Positions 59,282-64,000 of a DNA stretch of 64,000 bases are shown here, in pieces. The translations under genes and the position numbers were made by a program. The first letter of the stretch is position 1; every line of letters starts with the position of its first letter. Under the pieces are notes generated by a model. It worked only from the letters and a program-made list of their open reading frames with translations, made no database searches and was not told the DNA's origin. Origin of the DNA: Ascidiella aspersa (taxonomy: Eukaryota); assembly GCA_963924565.1 (NCBI GenBank), contig OZ004614.1, forward strand, positions 20,398,001-20,462,000, in the 5' to 3' direction.

Positions 59282-62200
59282 AGGAGTGGCATCGCTCGCG
59301 TGGCGTAATACCGCCTTCACCAAGTTGTTCTGTCAGTTGCTTGTCGGCCGCTATGCGGTAAACATGAGAGGGTGTTTGGTTGTAGCAAAGAAGATTGAAA
59401 GTGGCTTGCTTTTTGATTGGCGATGACTTAGCTCGCATTTTAGAGCGAATACAAATGTCAGAGATCTTTGACGATTTGATTTCTTCGTTTGTTTACTCGT
59501 GCGGTTACGCTAGACTCCATGTTATTTGTTCTCAAGTGTAAATCAGGCACACGTTAAGAAATCGAACTAAAAACGCTGTGCGTGGTTTTAAACGTGTTTT
59601 TTTAACTGGACATGTTTAAAATATTTGTTTTCTTGCGTAAAGGTGCCCGGGCTGACATATCAAAATACCTATACTTTGGTTCTGGCTCAGCGTTGCTCTA
59701 TTTTGAACAAATGAACATTGAGAATATAGAAAGAAGGGCCAATTTCGAGGCTTTTTTTACTTATAAGAAAGCTCTAAATGTGTGACAACGTGTCGAACTA
59801 TCACGCCGCCGATTTCTCGTTCGTTTTACGTTTTAAGGTTCGGTTGAAATCCTCTGAAAAGCACAAGAGGTCTCTCGTTCTACGGGAAAAGGTTGCAAAC
59901 TCGTACTCAAAAGATCAGGTTCCGTTTTCCGACCAAGTTATCCACGGTGAAAAAGTGACCCCAAAAGACCCAAAGAAACCGGTCTACCACTGGGATTTCT
60001 CCAGGTGCAATAAACGCGTCCCTGTGGCTTGGTAAACGAGAATGTAAAAGGGATTAAAATGCAGTGGCTAAGCACACTGCGCGCGACCCTCGTTAAAAGC
60101 CTTTCGTCTCGGCGGCAGGTCTTTCGTTTTATGGGACAACTTTCCATCGCCGGTGGCTCCGCCAAGCGCTCGTAAAAGCTCACCGACGCTGCCGCGGCCT
60201 GATGTTTGTCGCTCGGATGAATATATGTTCAAAGCGTCGGACTAAGATCCACGAGACTTTGGCCGGTCACCGTTTTTTTATTTATTTTTTGATCATTTTA
60301 TGTATGGCCGGTCACCGAATCTTTGACGCGCTTGTTTTCATCTTTGAAACTCTACGACTCATTTTCGGAGACTTGTAGTATGTTAGATTTAGGATTGGTA
60401 ACTGTATGGTTTGCTTAATAGGACTCTATTAGAGCGAAAAGTCAGTGTATTTCAGGTCGAGTGTTGAAAATTTTTCTGTTCGTTGATGTAGGTATGTTAC
60501 GACAAAACAGAGAGTTTGTTTGTGTGGAAATCGCAATAAATTAAGGTATTTTTTCCTGTCGGTAACTGAATCTTATACTACGGAGTGTAGTGAAAGAAAT
60601 TGTCTAATATTCGAAATGAGGTTATTGAATTGCTATTCTGTAGAAACATAAAACACTTCTGCAACACAAGGTTTGATCTTGTTTTCGTTAGGAAAAAAAA
60701 TTGAGGTTATCTGAAAAAATACTTTTGAGGTTATCTGTTAGTAAAACAGATTTTCATGAAGATCTTTAAACCTTGTTAAAATTGCTTTGAAAAGATCTTC
60801 GGCGATAGAGTGTCTACAAGAGGGGCCGGTCCACAAGACTTGGTCTGACCGGAGAACGAGTTGAATATAAAAACTAAAGAAATACATAAATATTTTCAAA
60901 GTGAGATTCTTACGAACGAACAAAATAAACAAGACTGTTTTTTAACCGCGTGTTGTATTTGTTTCTAAACACTCATATTATTCTAACAATCGTTGATAAG
61001 CTTTTTTTAAATAATTATACCTACAATTGAAAACAAATACTTTAAAATTATCAATTCACGGTATTTGTAATAGCCTTTATTTTTAAATAAAGCTTCTTGC
61101 TTTTTTTAACCAAAATGCAGTAAAGATAGCTTTACCATGTTATCCTTTCGCCAACTTTGCCTAAAACGTGGAGTTTTCTATCAGCGCTAATTTTAGAAAC
61201 CGATTTTCGCGAAAAAGCTTGATGCAACAAACAAATAGCCTGTTGCCTACAGCCATAGGAGAGTAACAAATCTATATATTTAGATGCAGCGCTGTATACA
61301 TGAATTTGTAATTGTGTTTGCGTATTTTTAGCAGAACTCATGGCTCTGTTCAATTCATTTCTATGTCTGTATACAGATACCCAGCTAAATCACATTTGTA
61401 AGGCCTTTGGACATGAATATCCGTAGAAAGTGCACGGCCAACTTAAAAGAGCTTCGCGGCGTACCAATGAAGAAGGGCTGCTTTAAATGAACCTTTATGT
61501 CGACTTAAGTTAGCGCAGCCAATAAATCCTTCCACGCTCTGTCTGCACGTTTTACGAGATAGGCTCTTAGGCTCAGTTAAGGTTTAAAGTGCCCCCTCCT
61601 CCCCGACAAAGCAAATATTTATCCCCTCTGTTACAAACGTTTGGTGCAATGCTTGAGCATTCTTCACGGAGCAACTTGGGAGTTCATAGGACACAAGAAA
61701 TCAGAAAGATTTAGCTAAACTTTTCGTCTGTAATGGAGTATGGCACATCTTTTGAAAATCGTTTAAAGTATAGTGATATCGTTAGGCAAGGCACTGTAGC
61801 GGTGCGGCAAAGATATAGGCAAAAATACGATGCTAGAAAAATGTGGGCCGCGGCCCAAATGTGGGCATTTGAGCCATTTTTGGGGAGACGCGAGCTGTTG
61901 ATAGTTTACCTTCATGATATAGTGTGGGCCGCGTAATAGTCGCATTAATTGTACTGTACTTTAAAGTTGATGTGGCTAAGAGTGTTTTTTCTTGGCTTAT
62001 TGTTGTATTACAGGGCCTCCACTTTAACTGTTTTACAGATAATCTTTTCCTGTTTTCTTAGTGATTTTACGTGGCAGGCCTTCAATAGCTCTGGAAAGAG
62101 TATTTTGGGCTACGACAAAAAGAGTTTACCTACCACTGGTGTAGAACAAGAATTTTTGTTGTCCATTCTAGTTGGTTAGAATTTCGAAACAAACTTTACC

Positions 62201-63982
62201 CGTGCGTAAATCATTACGCAAAACGTGCATTTGAAACAGTTGGATTGGATAATGGTCGACGTCAGTCAGCTATTTGACGTCAAAAAGCGTCGTATTTGTT
62301 TAGCGCGCTGCGACAGTGGCTTAAAGTGATATGGTAGGCTTAGCGGGGCGGCAAAAATAACAAGCGCCGGCGTAAACAGGTGTGTGTATGAAAGTCTAAT
62401 TGTCCTTTCAGCTACACATCTGAGCTAATACAGTGTCATGCTAATACAGTGTCAAGTCCTACGTCATTGACTTAAGTCATTACAACACTTGCGATTCATT
62501 ACAATTTCCTAGCAATCATGAAAACGAGGCCAATATTTATTTTGTTTGCGACCGAAATGTAAATTACCTTGAACTAATTAGAAAACAAGCGATTAAAAAT
62601 GTATGTGATGGGCACCGTGTAAGTATCTGTACATTCACCTTGCTTCGCCGAATCGGGCAATTGTATGATCGGCCGTCCCAGTTTGAAGCACTGCCATTAA
62701 AATATTAGTTAAAGGGTACGTTACGCCTTTAGTTATGTGTTTAATCAGTTTACCCACTCTTTCAACCATTATAGCACTCGTAATATGTGTATTGTAAATT
62801 ATTAAGTTCGGTTACTGCTCATATTTTCGGTATATTAACGTAACCATATGTTCAATGTTCATCACAGGTTTGTTTAGGAAAAAAGTTGTTCACTATTTTA
62901 TTGGGTCAGTTGTACTTGAAGGCAAGTCGCAAGCCAACAATCTATCCTATATGAAGGTGGTAAATATTACCAAGCTTTGTCAAAAAGATATTAATGCCAA
63001 GCCTTGCAGATTATCATTTTGTTTTCGATAAGTTTTTAATTGTGAGGTTGCGTGAGTCAGCATATAAATCTTTTAAACGCGTCGGTAACGTCTATTAACA
63101 CTTCTACAAACGATAAAACTGATTTTGCGCGTTCAATCAGTGGTTAAAGAGTCTGCAAAAGTTAATAATTTTAACAGTCCAATGGCCAATGCCGGTAACG
63201 GCACGTAAGTTGGTGAAAAACGAATTTCCCCAAAACCTCACTTTTTTACTTTTGTTGAACGTCCAGCCGCGGCGCAAAAACAAAAGCAGTTCCACGAGAG
63301 AGGTTTCTGTCTTTGTCGAGTTGATGTATGACCCGCTTTGACGGGCTTTAACACGCTATTTTTGTTCCCTAATTACCTTCGAAGATTAGGGCGTCTATGG
63401 CCCTAACGCAAGGGTTCTTAAACTGAGGTTCAATAAACCCCTTGGGGTCCGTAAACTAGTTTTAGGCGGCCCATGTAGGCCCAATGGAAATAGTAGTGTG
63501 TATTTAAAAAGTAATCCATTTTTTAAATAACTTTTATTAAAAAAAAAACGTTTTGCATTAAATGTGGACTGAATTACGCTTTTACATTTTTTGAACCGAA
63601 ATCAGCAAATTTCTAATGTCTATTCGTATTGTGACGTCAGTTTATGACGTCACTTTTGAAAATTTCTTGCCTATCGTGGTCCACGCCCAGCAAAGTTTAA
63701 AAATCCCTGCCCTAGAGCCTATTGAAAATCGGGTAAAGTGGTTGTGCCTCACTAATGCTGGTTGCTGGACAACAACTCTGATCCATTACCTATATCCTGT
63801 CTTACATGTCTTTACACACGCATTGGTTCTTTCCAATGAAAGGCAAAATTGTTTGACCGACAATTACGATTTTTTATCTTACTCGTTCTAACGTTGGTGC
63901 GAATAATACTGCACAACAGTTTTGTTTACTTGGTGTGTTTTCAATTTTATTAATTTTTATTTTATGTTATTTTTTACTTCAG

Positions 63983-64000
63983 GGAATTGAAAATGCAGGT
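63983..64000 (+). other. Candidate exon start of a downstream gene, containing ATG at 63993
   Basis: Long T-rich tract + ttcag, then ggaattgaaaATGCAGgt at the window edge. Confidence 0.4.

Noticed and set aside
36041-63900. Many 60-141-aa ORFs
   Set aside because: No recognisable domains, many non-ATG starts, no exon chain; no transposase or reverse-transcriptase motifs seen.

Overview
Eukaryotic (animal) genomic DNA, AT-rich with GT-AG introns and dense in MITEs and SINEs; an invertebrate chordate such as an ascidian tunicate is my inference only. Positions 255-32848 (+) hold the 3' roughly 85% of a neuropathy-target-esterase gene (PNPLA6/PNPLA7/swiss cheese family). I hand-spliced 27 exon positions into one open frame covering the end of cNMP-binding domain 1, domains 2 and 3, the patatin domain (GGGGARG, GTSIG, DGG) and the stop codon. 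Main result: the exon carrying the catalytic Asp exists as two ancient 117-nt paralogues (24392-24508, DGC variant with a GC donor; 26261-26377, canonical DGG), which look like mutually exclusive exons. An intronic element at 26173-26199 is complementary to the 5' splice site of both copies, suggesting a competing RNA-structure switch on the active site. Also seen: several Penelope-type minimal hammerhead-ribozyme motifs (the two intact intronic ones are sense to the pre-mRNA), a triplicated 3' splice site, a tRNA-derived SINE with an intact cloverleaf, many hAT-like MITEs with 8-bp target-site duplications (TSDs), and two minisatellites. Positions 36-64 kb have no recognisable protein-coding gene; a strong acceptor followed by ATG at the extreme right end may start the next gene. 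Exon numbers E1-E27 are relative to this window.
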